From positions 122,202,001 to 122,266,000 of the forward strand of contig OZ024744.1 of the NCBI GenBank assembly GCA_964016885.1: a DNA stretch of 64,000 nucleotides, read 5' to 3'. The translations under genes were made by a program, and so were the position numbers. The notes beneath the pieces are model-generated. The model had not been told where the DNA came from and made no database searches. It worked only from the letters and a program-made list of their open reading frames with translations. Positions 29,601 to 45,619 of this stretch are shown here, piece after piece; position 1 is the first letter of the stretch, and the number at the start of each line of letters is the position of its first letter. Source of the stretch: Eledone cirrhosa. Lineage: Eukaryota.

Positions 29601-32600
29601 ATCCATCACTACCTCTATTCCTCTCACCAAGTCACTTTCATACTGCCTCAACACATAACCCAACAATCTCTCACTATCTCTCTTCACAACATCCATCACT
29701 ACCTCTATTCCTCTCACCCAGTCACTTTCATACTTCCTCAACACATGACCCAACCATCTCACACTATCTCTCTTCACAACATCCATCACTACCTCTATTC
29801 CTCTCACCCAGTCACTTTTATCCTTCCTCAACACATGACCTAACCATCTGACACTATCTCTCTTCACAACATCCTTCACTACATCTGTTCCTCTCACCCA
29901 GTCACTTTTATACTTCCTCAACACATGACCCAACCATCTCACACTATCTCTCTTCACAACATCCATCACTACATTTATTCCTCTCAGCCAGTCAATTTCA
30001 TACTGCCTCAACACATGACCCAACCATCTCTCACTATCTCTCTTCACAACATCCATCACTACCTCTATTCCTCTCACCCAGTCACTTTCATACTTCCTCA
30101 ACACATGACCCAACCATCTCACACTATCTCTCTTCACAACATCCATCACTAGCTCTATTCCTCTCACCCCGTCACTTTTATCATTCCTCAACACATGACC
30201 TAACCATCTCACACTATCTCTCTTCACAACATCCATCACTACCTCTATTCCTCTCACCCAGTCACTTTTATACTTCCTCAACACATGACCCAACCATCTC
30301 ACACTATCTCTCTTCACAACATCCATCACTACCTCTATTCCTCTCACCCAGTCACTTTCATACTTCCTCAACACATGACCCAATCATCTCACACTATCTC
30401 TCTTCACAATATCCATCACTACCTCTATTCCTCTCACCCAGTCACTTTTATCCTTCCTCAACACATGACCTAACCATCTGACACTATCTCTCTTCACAAC
30501 ATCCATCACTACATCTGTTCCTCTCACCCAGTCACTTTTATACTTCCTCAACACATGACCCAACCATCTCACACTATCTCTCTTCACAACATCCATCACT
30601 ACCTCGGTTCCTCTCAACCAGTCACTTTCATCCTTCCTCAACACATAACCCAACCATCTCACACTATCTCTCTTCACAACATCCATCACTACCTCTATTC
30701 CTCACACCCAGTCAGTTTCATACTTCCTCAACAGATGACCTAACCATCTCACATTATCTCTCTTCACAACATCCATCACTACCTCTGTTCCTCTCACCCA
30801 GTCACTTTAATACTTCCTCAACACATGACCTAACCATCTCACACTATCTCTCTTCACAACATCCATCACTACCTCTATTCCTCTCAGCCAGTCACTTTCA
30901 TACTTCCTCAACACATGACCCAACCATCTCACACTATCTCTCTTCACAACATCCATCACTACCTCTATTCCTCTCACCCAGTCACTTTCATACTTCCTCA
31001 ACACATGACCTAACCATCTCACACTATCTCTCTTCACAACATCCATCACTACCTCTATTCCTCTCACCCAGTCACTTTCATACTTCCTCAACACATGACC
31101 TAACCATCTCACACTATCTCTCTTCACAACATCCATCACTACCTCTATTCCTCTCACCCAGTCACTTTCATACTTCCTCAACACATGACCTAACCATCTC
31201 ACACTATCTCTCTTCACAACATCCATCACTACCTTTATTCCTCTCACCCAGTCACTTTTATCTTTCCTCAGCACATGACCCAACTATCTCACACTATCTC
31301 TCTTCACAACATCCATCACTACCTCTATTCCTCTCACCCAGTCACTTTTATCCTTCCTCAACACATGACCCAACCATCTCACACTATCTCTCTTCACAAC
31401 ATCCATCACTACCTCTATTCCTATCAGCCAGTCACTTTTATCCTTCCTCAACCTATGACCCAACCATCTCACACTATCTCTCTTCACAATATCCATCACT
31501 ACCTCTATTCCTCTCACCCAGTCACTTTTATCCTTCCTCAACACATGACCTAACCATCTGACACTATCTCTCTTCACAACATCCATCACTACATCTGTTC
31601 CTTTCACCCAGTCACTTTTATACTTCCTCAACACATGACCCAACCATCTCACACTATCTCTCTTCACAACATCCATCACTACCTCGGTTCCTCTCAACCA
31701 GTCACTTTTATCCTTCCTCAACACATAACCCAACCATCTCACACTATCTCTCTTCACAACATCCATCACTACCTCTATTCCTCACACCCAGTCAGTTTCA
31801 TACTTCCTCAACAGATGACCTAACCAACTCACATCATCTCTCTTCACAACATCCATCACTACCTCTGTTCCTCTCACCCAGTCACTTTAATACTTCCTCA
31901 ACACATGACCTAACCATCTCACACTATCTCTCTTCACAACGTCCATCACTACCTCTATTCCTCTCACCCAGTCACTTTCATACTTCCTCAACACATGACC
32001 CAACCATCTCACACTATCTCTCTTCACAACATCCATCACTACCTCTATTCCTCTCAGCCAGTCACTTTCATACTTCCTCAACACATGACCCAACCATCTC
32101 ACACTATCTCTCTTCACAACATCCATCACTACCTCTGTTCCTCTCACCCAGTCACTTTCATACTTCCTCAACACATGACCTAACCATCTCACACTATCTC
32201 TCTTCACAACGTCCATCACTACCTCTATTCCTCTCACCCAGTCACTTTCATACTTCCTCAACACATGACCCAACCATCTCACACTATCTCTCTTCACAAC
32301 ATCCATCACTACCTCTATTCCTCTCACCCAGTCACTTTTATCCTTCCTCAACACATGACCCAACCATCTCACACTCTCTCTCTTCACAACATCCATCACT
32401 ACCTCTGTTCCTCTCACCCAGTCACTTTCATACTTCCTCAACACATGACGTAACCATCTCACACTATCTCTCTTCACAACATCCATCACTACCTCTATTA
32501 CTCTCACCCAGTCACTTTCATACTTCCTCAACACATGACCCAACCATCTCACACTATCTCTCTTCACAACATCCATCACTACCTCTATTCCTCTCACCCA

Positions 32601-32700
32601 GTCACTTTCATACTTCCTCAACACATGACCTAACCATCTCACACTATCTCTCTTCACAACATCCATCACTACCTCTATTCCTCTCACCCAGTCACTTTTA
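23670..32700. repeat. Mosaic duplicated blocks with offsets 5400, 5670 and 3510 bp (60, 63 and 39 monomers)
   Basis: ORFs 23805/29205 (5400); 24714/30384, 25137/30807, 25614/31284 (5670); 28377/31887, 28755/32265 (3510). Shared rare variants acctatg, ctttcacc, gacgtaacc, tattactc. Confidence 0.85.
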
Positions 32701-34139
32701 TCTTTCCTCAACACATGACCCAACTATCTCACACTATCTCTCTTCACAACATCCATCACTACCTCTATTCCTCTCACCCAGTCACTTTTATCCTTCCTCA
32801 ACACATGACCCAACCATCTCACACTATCTCTCTTCACAACATCCAACACTACCTCTATTCCTATCAGCCAGTCACTTTTATCCTTCCTCAACACATGACC
32901 CAACCATATCACACTATCTCTCTTCACAACATCCATCACCACCTCTATTCCTCTCACCCAGTCACTTTTATCCTTCCTCAACACATGACCCAACCATCTC
33001 ACACTATCTCTATTCACAACATCCATCATTACCTCTATTGCTCTCACCCAGTCACTTTCATACTTCCTCAACACATGACCCAACCATCTCACACTATCTC
33101 TCTTCACAACATCCATCATTACCTCTATTGCTCTCACCTAGTCACTTTCATACTTCTTCAACACATGACCCAACCATCTCATACTATCTCTCTTCACAAC
33201 ATCCATCACTACCTCTATTCCTCTCAACCAGTCACTTTTATCCTTCCTCAACACATGACCCAACCATCTCACACTATCTCTCTTCACAACATCCATCACT
33301 ACATCTATTCCTCTCACCAAGTCACTCTTATCCTTCCTCAACACATGACTAAACCATCTCACACTATCTCTCTTCACAACATCCATCACTACATCTGTTC
33401 CTCTCACCCAGTCACTTTCACGCTGCCTCTACCCATGACCCAACCATCTCACACTATCTCTCTTCACAACATCCATCACTACATCTGTTCCTCTCACCCA
33501 GTCACTTTTATACTTCCTCAACACATGACCCAACCATCTCACACTATCTCTCTTCACAACATCCATCACTACCTCTATTCCTCTCACCAAGTCACTTTTA
33601 TCCTTCCTCAACACATGACCCAACCATCTTACACTATCTCTCTTCACAACATCCATCACTACCTCTATTCCTCTCAACCATTCACTTTTATCCTTCCTCA
33701 ACACATGACCCAACCAGCTCACACTATCTCTCTTCACAACATCCATCACTACCTCTATTCCTCTCACCCAGTCACTTTCATACTTCCTCAACAGATGACC
33801 TAACCATCTCACACTATCTCTCTTCACAACATCCATCACTACCTCTATTCCTCTCACCTCCCAGTCACTTTTATCCTTCCTCAACACATGACCCAACCAT
33901 CTCACACTATCTCTCTTCACAACATCCATCACCACCTCTATTCCTCACACCCAGTCACTTTTATACTTACTCAACACATGACCCAACCATCTCACACTAT
34001 CTCTCTTCACAACATCCATCACTACATCTGTTCCTCTCACCCAGTCACTTTTATACTTCCTCAACACATGACCCAACCATCTCACACTATCTCTCTTCAC
34101 AACATCCATCACTACCTCGGTTCTTCACACCCAGTCAGT

Positions 34140-36100
34140 TTCATACTTCCTCAACAGATGACCTAACCAACTCACATTATCTCTCTTCACAACATCCATC
34201 ACTACCTCTGTTCCTCTCACCCAGTCACTTTAATACTTCCTCAACACATGACCTAACCATCTCACACTATCTCTCTTCACAACGTCCATCACTACCTCTA
34301 TTCCTCTCACCCAGTCACTTTCATACTTCCTCAACACATGACCCAACCATCTCACACTATCTCTCTTCACAACATCCATCACTACCTCTATTCCTCTCAG
34401 CCAATCACTTTCATACTTCCTCAACACATGACCCAACCATCTCACACTATCTCTCTTCACAACATCCATCACTACCTCTATTCCTCTCACCCAGTCACTT
34501 TTATCCTTCCTCAACACATGACCTAACCATCTCAAACTATCTCTCTTCACAACATCCATCACTACCTCTATTCCTCTCACCCAGTCACTTTTATACTTCC
34601 TCAACACATGACCCAACCATCTGACACTATCTCTCTTCACAATATCCATCACTACCTCTATTCCTCTCACCCAGTCACTTTTATCCTTCCTCAACACATG
34701 ACCCAACCATCTCACACTCTCTCTCTTCACAACATCCATCACTACCTCTGTTCCTCTCACCCAGTCACTTTCATACTTCCTCAACACATGACCTAACCAT
34801 CTCACACTATCTCTCTTCACAACATCCATCACTACCTCTATTCCTCTCACCCAGTCACTTTCATACTTCCTCAACACATGACCCAACCATCTCACACTAT
34901 CTCTCTTCACAACATCCATCACTATCTCTATTCCTCTCACCCAGTCACTTTTATCCTTCCTCAACACATGACCTAACCATCTCAAACTATCTCTCTTCAC
35001 AACATCCATCACCACCTCTATTCCTCTCACCCAGTCACTTTTATCCGTCCTCAACACATGACCCAACCATCTCACACTATCTCTCTTCACAACATCCATC
35101 ACCACCTCTATTCCTCACACCCAGTCACTTTTATACTTCCTCAACACATGACCCAACCATCTCACACTATCTCTCTTCACAACATCCATCACTACATCTG
35201 TTCCTCTCACCCAGTCACTTTTATACTTCCTCAACACATGACCCAACCATCTCACACTATCTCTCTTCACAACATCCATCACTACCTCGGTTCCTCTCAA
35301 CCAGTCACTTTTATCCTTCCTCAACACATAACCCAACCATCTCACACTATATCTCTTCACAACATCCATCACTACCTCTATTCCTCACACCCAGTCAGTT
35401 TCATACTTCCTCAACAGATGACCTAACCAACTCACATTATCTCTCTTCACAACATCCATCACTACCTCTGTTCCTCTCACCCAGTCACTTTAATACTTCC
35501 TCAACACATGACCTAACCATCTCACACTATCTCTCTTCACAACGTCCATCACTACCTCTATTCCTCTCACCCAGTCACTTTCATACTTCCTCAACACATG
35601 ACCCAACCATCTCACACTATCTCTCTTCACAACATCCATCACTACCTCTATTCCTCTCAGCCAATCACTTTCATACTTCCTCAACACATGACCCAACCAT
35701 CTCACACTATCTCTCTTCACAACATCCATCACTACCTCTATTCCTCTCACCCAGTCACTTTTATCCTTCCTCAACACATGACCTAACCATCTCAAATTAT
35801 CTCTCTTCACAACATCCATCACTACCTCTATTCCTCTCACCCAGTCACTTTTATACTTCCTCAACACATGACCCAACCATCTCACACTATCTCTCTTCAC
35901 AATATCCATCACTACCTCTATTCCTCTCACCCAGTCACTTTTATCCTTCCTCAACACATGACCCAACCATCTCACACTCTCTCTCTTCACAACATCCATC
36001 ACTACCTCTCTTCCTCTCACCCAGTCACTTTCATACTTCCTCAACACATGACCTAACCATCTCACACTATCTCTCTTCACAACATCCATCACTACCTCTA
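34140..36100. repeat. Higher-order duplication, period 1260 bp (14 monomers)
   Basis: ORFs 34230/35490, 34338/35598 and 34608/35868 are offset by 1260. Shared variants ccaactcacatt, cagccaatc and ctcaaa. Confidence 0.82.
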
Positions 36101-36829
36101 TTCCTCTCACCCAGTCACTTTCATACTTCCTCAACACATGACCCAACCATCTCACACTATCTCTCTTCACAACATCCATCACTACCTCTATTCCTCTCAC
36201 CCAGTCACTTTCATACTTCCTCAACACATGACCTAACCATCTCACACTATCTCTCTTCACAACATCCATCACTACCTCTATTCCTCTCACCCAGTCACTT
36301 TTATCTTTCCTCAACACATGACCCAACTATCTCACACTATCTCTCTTCACAACATCCATCACTACCTCTATTCCTCTCACCCAGTCACTTTTATCCTTCC
36401 TCAACACTTGACCCAACCATCTCACACTATCTCTCTTCACAACATCCATCACTACCTCTATTCCTATCAGCCAGTCACTTTTATCCTTCCTCAACACATG
36501 ACCCAACCATATCACACTATCTCTCTTCACAACATCCATCACCACCTCTATTCCTCTCACCCAGTCACTTTTATCCGTCCTCAACACATGACCCAACCAT
36601 CTCACACTCTCTCTCTTCACAACATCCATCACCACCTCTATTCCTCTCACCCAGTCACTTTGATCCTTCCTCAACACATGACCTAACCATCTCAAACTAT
36701 CTCTCTTCACAACATCCATCACTAACTCTATTCCTCTCAGCCAGTCACTTTCATACTTCCTCAACACATGACCCAACCATCTTACACTATCTCTCTTCAC
36801 AACATCCATCACTAACTCTATTCCTCTCA

Positions 36830-39800
36830 CCCAGTCACTTTTATCCTTCCTCAACACATGACCCAACCATCTCACACTATCTCTCTTCAGAACATCCATC
36901 ACTACATTTATTCCTCTCAGCCAGTCAATTTCATACTGCCTCAACACATGACCCAACCATCTCTCACTATCTCTCTTCACAACATCCATCACTACCTCTA
37001 TTCCTCTCACCCAGTCACTTTCATACTTCCTTAACACATGACCCAACCATCTCACACTATCTCTCTTCACAACATCCATCACTACCTCTATTCCCCTCAC
37101 CCAGTCACTTTTATACTTCCTCAACACATGACCCAACCATCTCACACTATCTCTCTTCACAACATCCATCACTACATTTATTCCTCTCAGCCAGTCAATT
37201 TCATCCTGCCTCAACACATGACCCAACCATCTCTCACTATCTCTCTTCACAACATCCATCACTACCTCTATTCCTCTCACCCAGTCACTTTCATACTTCC
37301 TTAACACATGACCCAACCATCTCACACTATCTCTCTTCACAACATCCATCACTACCTCTATTCCTCTCACCCCGTCACTTTTATCCTTCCTCAACACATG
37401 ACCTAACCATCTCACACTATCTCTCTTCACAACATCCATCACTACCTCTATTCCTCTCACCCAGTCACTTTTATACTTCCTCAACACATGACCCAACCAT
37501 CTCACACTATCTCTCTTCACAACATCCATCACTACCTCTATTCCTGTCACCCAGTCACTTTCATACTTCCTCAACACATGACCCAATCATCTCACACTAT
37601 CTCTCTTCACAATATCCATCACTACCTCTATTCCTCTCACCCAGTCACTTTTATCCTTCCTCAACACATGACCTAACCATCTGACACTATCTCTCTTCAC
37701 AACATCCATCACTACATCTGTTCCTCTCACCCAGTCACTTTTATACTTCCTCAACACATGACCCAACCATCTCACATTATCTCTCTTCACAACATCCATC
37801 ACTACCTCTGTTCCTCTCACCCAGTCACTTTAATACTTCCTCAACACATGACCTAACCATCTCACACTATCTCTCTTCACAACGTCCATCACTACCTCTA
37901 TTCCTCTCACCCAGTCACTTTCATACTTCCTCAACACATGACCCAACCATCTCACACTATCTCTCTTCACAACATCCATCACTACCTCTATTCCTCTCAG
38001 CCAGTCACTTTCATACTTCCTCAACACATGACCCAACCATCTCACACTATCTCTCTTCACAACATCCATCGCTACCTCTGTTCCTCTCACCCAGTCACTT
38101 TCATACTTCCTCAACACATGACCCAACCATCTCACACTCTCTCTCTTCACAACATCCATCACTACCTCTGTTCCTCTCACCCAGTCACTTTCATACTTCC
38201 TCAACACATGACCTAACCATCTCACACTATCTCTCTTCACAACATCCATCACTACCTCTATTACTCTCACCCAGTCACTTTCATACTTCCTCAACACATG
38301 ACCCAACCATCTCACACTATCTCTCTTCACAACATCCATCACTACCTCTATTCCTCTCACCCAGTCACTTTCATACTTCCTCAACACATGACCTAACCAT
38401 CTCACACTATCTCTCTTCACAACATCCATCACTACCTCTATTCCTCTCACCCAGTCACTTTTATCTTTCCTCAACACATGACCCAACTATCTCACACTAT
38501 CTCTCTTCACAACATCCATCACTACCTCTATTCCTCTCACCCAGTCACTTTTATCCTTCCTCAACACATGACCCAACCATCTCACACTATCTCTCTTCAC
38601 AACATCCATCACTACCTCTATTCCTATCAGCCAGTCACTTTTATCCTTCCTCAACACATGACCCAACCATATCACACTATCTCTCTTCACAACATCCATC
38701 ACCACCTCTATTCCTCTCACCCAGTCACTTTTATCCTTCCTCAACACATGACCCAACCATCTCACACTATCTCTCTTCACAAATCCATCATTACCTCTAT
38801 TGCTCTCACCCAGTCACTTTCATACTTCTTCAACACATGACCCAACCATCTCATACTATCTCTCTTCACAACATCCATCACTACCTCTATTCCTCTCACC
38901 CAGTCACTTTTATCCTTCCTCAACACATGACCCAACCATCTCACACTATCTCTCTTCACAACATCCATCACTACATCTATTCCTCTCACCCAGTCACTTT
39001 TATCCTTCCTCAACACATGACTAAACCATCTCACACTATCTCTCTTCACAACATCCATCACTACCTCTATTCCTCTCACCCAGTCACTTTCACACTGCCT
39101 CAACCCATGACCCAACCACTCACACTATCTCTCTTCACAACATCCATCACTACATCTGTTCCTCTCACCCAGTCACTTTTATACTTCCTCAACACATGAC
39201 CCAACCATCTCACACTATCTCTCTTCACAACATCCATCACTACCTCTATTCCTCTCACCAAGTCACTTTTATCCTTCCTTAACACATGACCCAACCATCT
39301 TACACTATCTCTCTTCACAACATCCATCACTACCTCTATTCCTCTCAACCAGTCACTTTTATCCTTCCTCAACACATGACCCAACCATCTCACACTATCT
39401 CTCTTCACAACATCCATCACTACCTCTATTCCTCTCACCCAGTCACTTTCATACTTCCTCAACCGATGACCTAACCATCTCACACTATCTCTCTTCACAA
39501 CATCCATCACTACCTCTATTCCTCTCACCTCCCAGTCACTTTTATCCTTCCTCAACACATGACCCAACCATCTCACACTATCTCTCTTCACAACATCCAT
39601 CACCACCTCTATTCCTCACACCCAGTCACTTTTATACTTCCTCAACACATGACCCAACCATCTCACACTATCTCTCTTCACAACATCCATCACTACCTCT
39701 ATTCCTCTCACCCAGTCACTTTCATACTTCCTCAACACATGACCGAACCATCTTACACTATCTCTCTTCACAACATCCATCACTAACTCTATTCCTCTCA

Positions 39801-42800
39801 CCCAGTCACTTTTATCCTTCCTCAACACATGACCTAACCATCTCACACTATCTCTCTTCACAACATCCATCACTACCTCTATTCCTCTCACCCAGTCACT
39901 TTTATCCTTCCTCAACACATGACCCAACCATCTCACACTATCTCTCTTCAGAACATCCATCACTACATTTATTCCTCTCAGCCAGTCAATTTCATACTGC
40001 CTCAAGACATGACCCAACCATCTCTCACTATCTCTCTTCACAACATCCATCACTACCTCTATTCCTCTCACCCAGTCACTTTCATACTTCCTTAACACAT
40101 GACCCAACCATCTCACACTATCTCTCTTCACAACATCCATCACTACCTCTATTCCCCTCACCCAGTCACTTTTATACTTCCTCAACACATGACCCAACCA
40201 TCTCACACTATCTCTCTTCACAACATCCATCACTACATTTATTCCTCTCAGCCAGTCAATTTCATCCTGCCTCAACACATGACCCAACCATCTCTCACTA
40301 TCTCTCTTCACAACATCCATCACTACCTCTATTCCTCTCACCCAGTCACTTTCATACTTCCTTAACACATGACCCAACCATCTCACACTATCTCTCTTCA
40401 CAACATCCATCACTACCTCTATTCCTCTCACCCCGTCACTTTTATCCTTCCTCAACACATGACCTAACCATCTCACACTATCTCTCTTCACAACATCCAT
40501 CACTACCTCTATTCCTCTCACCCAGTCACTTTTATACTTCCTCAACACATGACCCAACCATCTCACACTATCTCTCTTCACAACATCCATCACTACCTCT
40601 ATTCCTGTCACCCAGTCACTTTCATACTTCCTCAACACATGACCCAATCATCTCACACTATCTCTCTTCACAATATCCATCACTACCTCTATTCCTCTCA
40701 CCCAGTCACTTTTATCCTTCCTCAACACATGACCCAACCATCTGACACTATCTCTCTTCACAACATCCATCACTACATCTGTTCCTCTCACCCAGTCACT
40801 TTTATACTTCCTCAACACATGACCCAACCATCTCACATTATCTCTCTTCACAACATCCATCACTACCTCTGTTCCTCTCACCCAGTCACTTTAATACTTC
40901 CTCAACACATGACCTAACCATCTCACACTATCTCTCTTCACAACGTCCATCACTACCTCTATTCCTCTCACCCAGTCACTTTCATACTTCCTCAACACAT
41001 GACCCAACCATCTCACACTATCTCTCTTCACAACATCCATCACTACCTCTATTCCTCTCAGCCAGTCACTTTCATACTTCCTCAACACATGACCCAACCA
41101 TCTCACACTATCTCTCTTCACAACATCCATCACTACCTCTGTTCCTCTCACCCAGTCACTTTCATACTTCCTCAACACATGACCCAACCATCTCACACTC
41201 TCTCTCTTCACAACATCCATCACTACCTCTGTTCCTCTCACCCAGTCACTTTCATACTTCCTCAACACATGACCTAACCATCTCACACTATCTCTCTTCA
41301 CAACATCCATCACTACCTCTATTACTCTCACCCAGTCACTTTCATACTTCCTCAACACATGACCCAACCATCTCACACTATCTCTCTTCACAACATCCAT
41401 CACTACCTCTATTCCTCTCACCCAGTCACTTTCATACTTCCTCAACACATGACCTAACCATCTCACACTATCTCTCTTCACAACATCCATCACTACCTCT
41501 ATTCCTCTCACCCAGTCACTTTTATCTTTCCTCAACACATGACCCAACTATCTCACACTATCTCTCTTCACAACATCCATCACTACCTCTATTCCTCTCA
41601 CCCAGTCACTTTTATCCTTCCTCAACACATGACCCAACCATCTCACACTATCTCTCTTCACAACATCCATCACTACCTCTATTCCTATCAGCCAGTCACT
41701 TTTATCCTTCCTCAACACATGACCCAACCATATCACACTATCTCTCTTCACAACATCCATCACCACCTCTATTCCTCTCACCCAGTCACTTTTATCCTTC
41801 CTCAACACATGACCCAACCATCTCACACTATCTCTCTTCACAAATCCATCATTACCTCTATTGCTCTCACCCAGTCACTTTCATACTTCTTCAACACATG
41901 ACCCAACCATCTCATACTATCTCTCTTCACAACATCCATCACTACCTCTATTCCTCTCACCCAGTCACTTTTATCCTTCCTCAACACATGACCCAACCAT
42001 CTCACACTATCTCTCTTCACAACATCCATCACTACATCTATTCCTCTCACCCAGTCACTTTTATCCTTCCTCAACACATGACTAAACCATCTCACACTAT
42101 CTCTCTTCACAACATCCATCACTACCTCTATTCCTCTCACCCAGTCACTTTCACACTGCCTCAACCCATGACCCAACCATCTCACACTATCTCTCTTCAC
42201 AACATCCATCACTACATCTGTTCCTCTCACCCAGTCACTTTTATACTTCCTCAACACATGACCCAACCATCTCACACTATCTCTCTTCACAACATCCATC
42301 ACTACCTCTATTCCTCTCACCAAGTCACTTTTATCCTTCCTTAACACATGACCCAACCATCTTACACTATCTCTCTTCACAACATCCATCACTACCTCTA
42401 TTCCTCTCAACCAGTCACTTTTATCCTTCCTCAACACATGACCCAACCATCTCACACTATCTCTCTTCACAACATCCATCACTACCTCTATTCCTCTCAC
42501 CCAGTCACTTTCATACTTCCTCAACCGATGACCTAACCATCTCACACTATCTCTCTTCACAACATCCATCACTACCTCTATTCCTCTCACCTCCCAGTCA
42601 CTTTTATCCTTCCTCAACACATGACCCAACCATCTCACACTATCTCTCTTCACAACATCCATCACCACCTCTATTCCTCACACCCAGTCACTTTTATACT
42701 TCCTCAACACATGACCCAACCATCTCACACTATCTCTCTTCACAACATCCATCACTACCTCTATTCCTCTCACCCAGTCACTTTCATACTTCCTCAACAC

Positions 42801-42960
42801 ATGACCGAACCATCTTACACTATCTCTCTTCACAACATCCATCACTAACTCTATTCCTCTCACCCAGTCACTTTTATCCTTCCTCAACACATGACCTAAC
42901 CATCTCACACTATCTCTCTTCACAACATCCATCACTACCTCTATTCCTCTCACCCAGTCA
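36830..42960. repeat. Near-perfect tandem higher-order repeat, period 3061-3062 bp (34 monomers + 1-2 bp)
   Basis: ORFs 37038/40099, 37587/40648, 37830/40891, 38478/41539 (3061) and 39286/42348, 39559/42621 (3062). Shared cttcagaac (36890/39951), 1-bp deletion cacaaatcc, aaccgatg, gaccgaac and 3-bp insertion. Confidence 0.93.
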
Positions 42961-45619
42961 CTTTTATCCTTCCTCAACACATGACCCAACCATCTTACAC
43001 TATCTCTCTTCACAACATCCATCACTACCTCTATTCCTCTCACCCAGTCACTTTCATACTTCCTCAACAGATGACCTAACCATCTCACACTATCTCTCTT
43101 CACAACATCCATCACTACCTCTATTCCTCTCACCCAGTCACTTTCATACTTCCTCAACACATGACCCAACCATCTCACACTATCTCTCTTCACAACATCC
43201 ATCACTACCTCTATTCCTCACACCCAGTCACTTTTATCCTTCCTCAACACATGACCCAACCATCTCACACTATCTCTCTTCACAACATCCATCACTACCT
43301 CTATTCCTCTCACCCAGTCACTTTCATACTTCCTCAACACATGACCCACCTATCTCACACTGTCTCTCTTCACAACATCCATCACTACCTCTATTCCCCT
43401 CACCCAGTCACTTTCATACTGCCTCAACACATGACCCAACAATCTCTCACTATCTCTCTTCACAACATCCATCACTACCTCTATTCCTCTCACCCAGTCA
43501 CTTTCATACTTCCTCAACACATGACCCAACCATCTCACACTATCTCTCTTCACAACATCCATCACTACCTCTATTCCTCTCACCCAGTCACTTTTATCCT
43601 TCCTCAACACATGACCTAACCATCTGACACTATCTCTCTTCACAACATCCATCACTACATCTGTTCCTCTCACCCTGTCACTTTTATACTTCCTCAACAC
43701 ATGACCCAACATTCTCACACTATCTCTCTTCACAACATCCATCACTACATTTATTCCTCTCAGCCAGTCAATTTCATACTGCCTCAACACATGACCCAAC
43801 CATCTCTCACTATCTCTCTTCACAACATCCATCACTACCTCTATTCCTCTCACCCAGTCACTTTCATACTTCCTCAACACATGACCCAACCATCTCTCAC
43901 TATCTCTCTTCACAACATCCATCACTACCTCTATTCCTCTCACACAGTCACTTTCATACTTCCTCAACACATGACCCAATCATCTCACACTATCTCTCTT
44001 CACAACATCCATCACTACCTCTATTCCTCTCACCCCGTCACTTTTATCCTTCCTCAACACATGACCTAACCATCTCACACTATCTCTCTTCACAACATCC
44101 ATCACTACCTCTATTCCTCTCACACAGTCACTTTTATACTTCCTCAACACATGACCCAACCATCTCACACTATCTCTCTTCACAACATCCATCACTACCT
44201 CTATTCCTCTCACCCAGTCACTTTCATACTTCCTCAACACATGACCCAATCATCTCACACTATCTCTCTTCACAACATCCATCACTACCTCTATTCCTCT
44301 CACCCAGTCACTTTCATACTTCCTCAACACATGACCCAACCATCTCACACTATCTCTCTTCACAATATCCATCACTACCTCTATTCCTCTACCCAGTCAC
44401 TTTTATCCTTCCTCAACACATGACATAACCATTTGACACTATCTCTCTTCGCAACATCCATCACTACATCTGTTCCTCTCACCCAGTCACTTTTATACTT
44501 CCTCAACACATGACCCAACCATCTCACACCATCTCTCTTCACAACACCCATCGATACCTCGGTTCCTCTCAACCAGTCACTTTTATCCTTCCTCAACACA
44601 TGACCCAACCATCTCACACTATCTCTCTTCACAACATCCATCACTACCTCTATTCCTCACACCCAGTCAGTTTCATACTTCCTCAACAGATGACCTAACC
44701 ATCTCACATTATCTCTCTTCACAACATCCATCACTACCTCTATTCCTCTCACCCAGTCACTTTCATACTTCCTCAACACATGACCCAACCATCTCACACT
44801 ATCTCTCTTCACAACATCCATCACTACCTCTATTCCTCTCAGCCAGTCACTTTCATACTTCCTCAACACATGACCCAACCATCTCACGCTATCTCTCTTC
44901 ACAACATCCATCACTACCTCTATTCCTCTCACCCAGTCACTTTTATCCTTCCTCAACACATGACCTAACCATCTCACACTATCTCTCTTCACAGCATCCA
45001 TCATTACCTCTATTGCTCTCACCCAGTCACTTTCATACTTCCTCAACACATGACCCAACCATCTCACACTATCTCTCTTCACAACATCCATCATTACCTC
45101 TATTGCTCTCACCCAGTCACTTTCATACTTCCTCAACACATGACCCAACCATCTCATACTATCTCTCTTCACAACATCCATCACTACCTCTATTCCTCTC
45201 ACCCAGTCACTTTTATCCTTCCTCAACACATGACCCAACCATCTCACACTATCTCTCTTCACAACATCCATCACTACCTCTATTCCTCTCACCCAGTCAC
45301 TTTTATCCTTCCTCAACACATGACTAAACCATCTCACACTATCTCTCTTCACAACATCCATCACTACCTCTATTCCTCTCACCCAGTCACTTTCATACTG
45401 CCTCAACCCATGACCCAACCATCTCACACTATCTCTCTTCACAACATCCATCACTACATCTGTTCCTCTCACCCAGTCACTTTTATACTTCCTCAACACA
45501 TGACCCAACCATCTCACACTATCTCTCTTCACAACATCCAACACTACCTCCATTCCTCTCACCAAGTCACTTTTATCCTTCCTCAACACATGACCCAACC
45601 ATCTTACACTATCTCTCTT

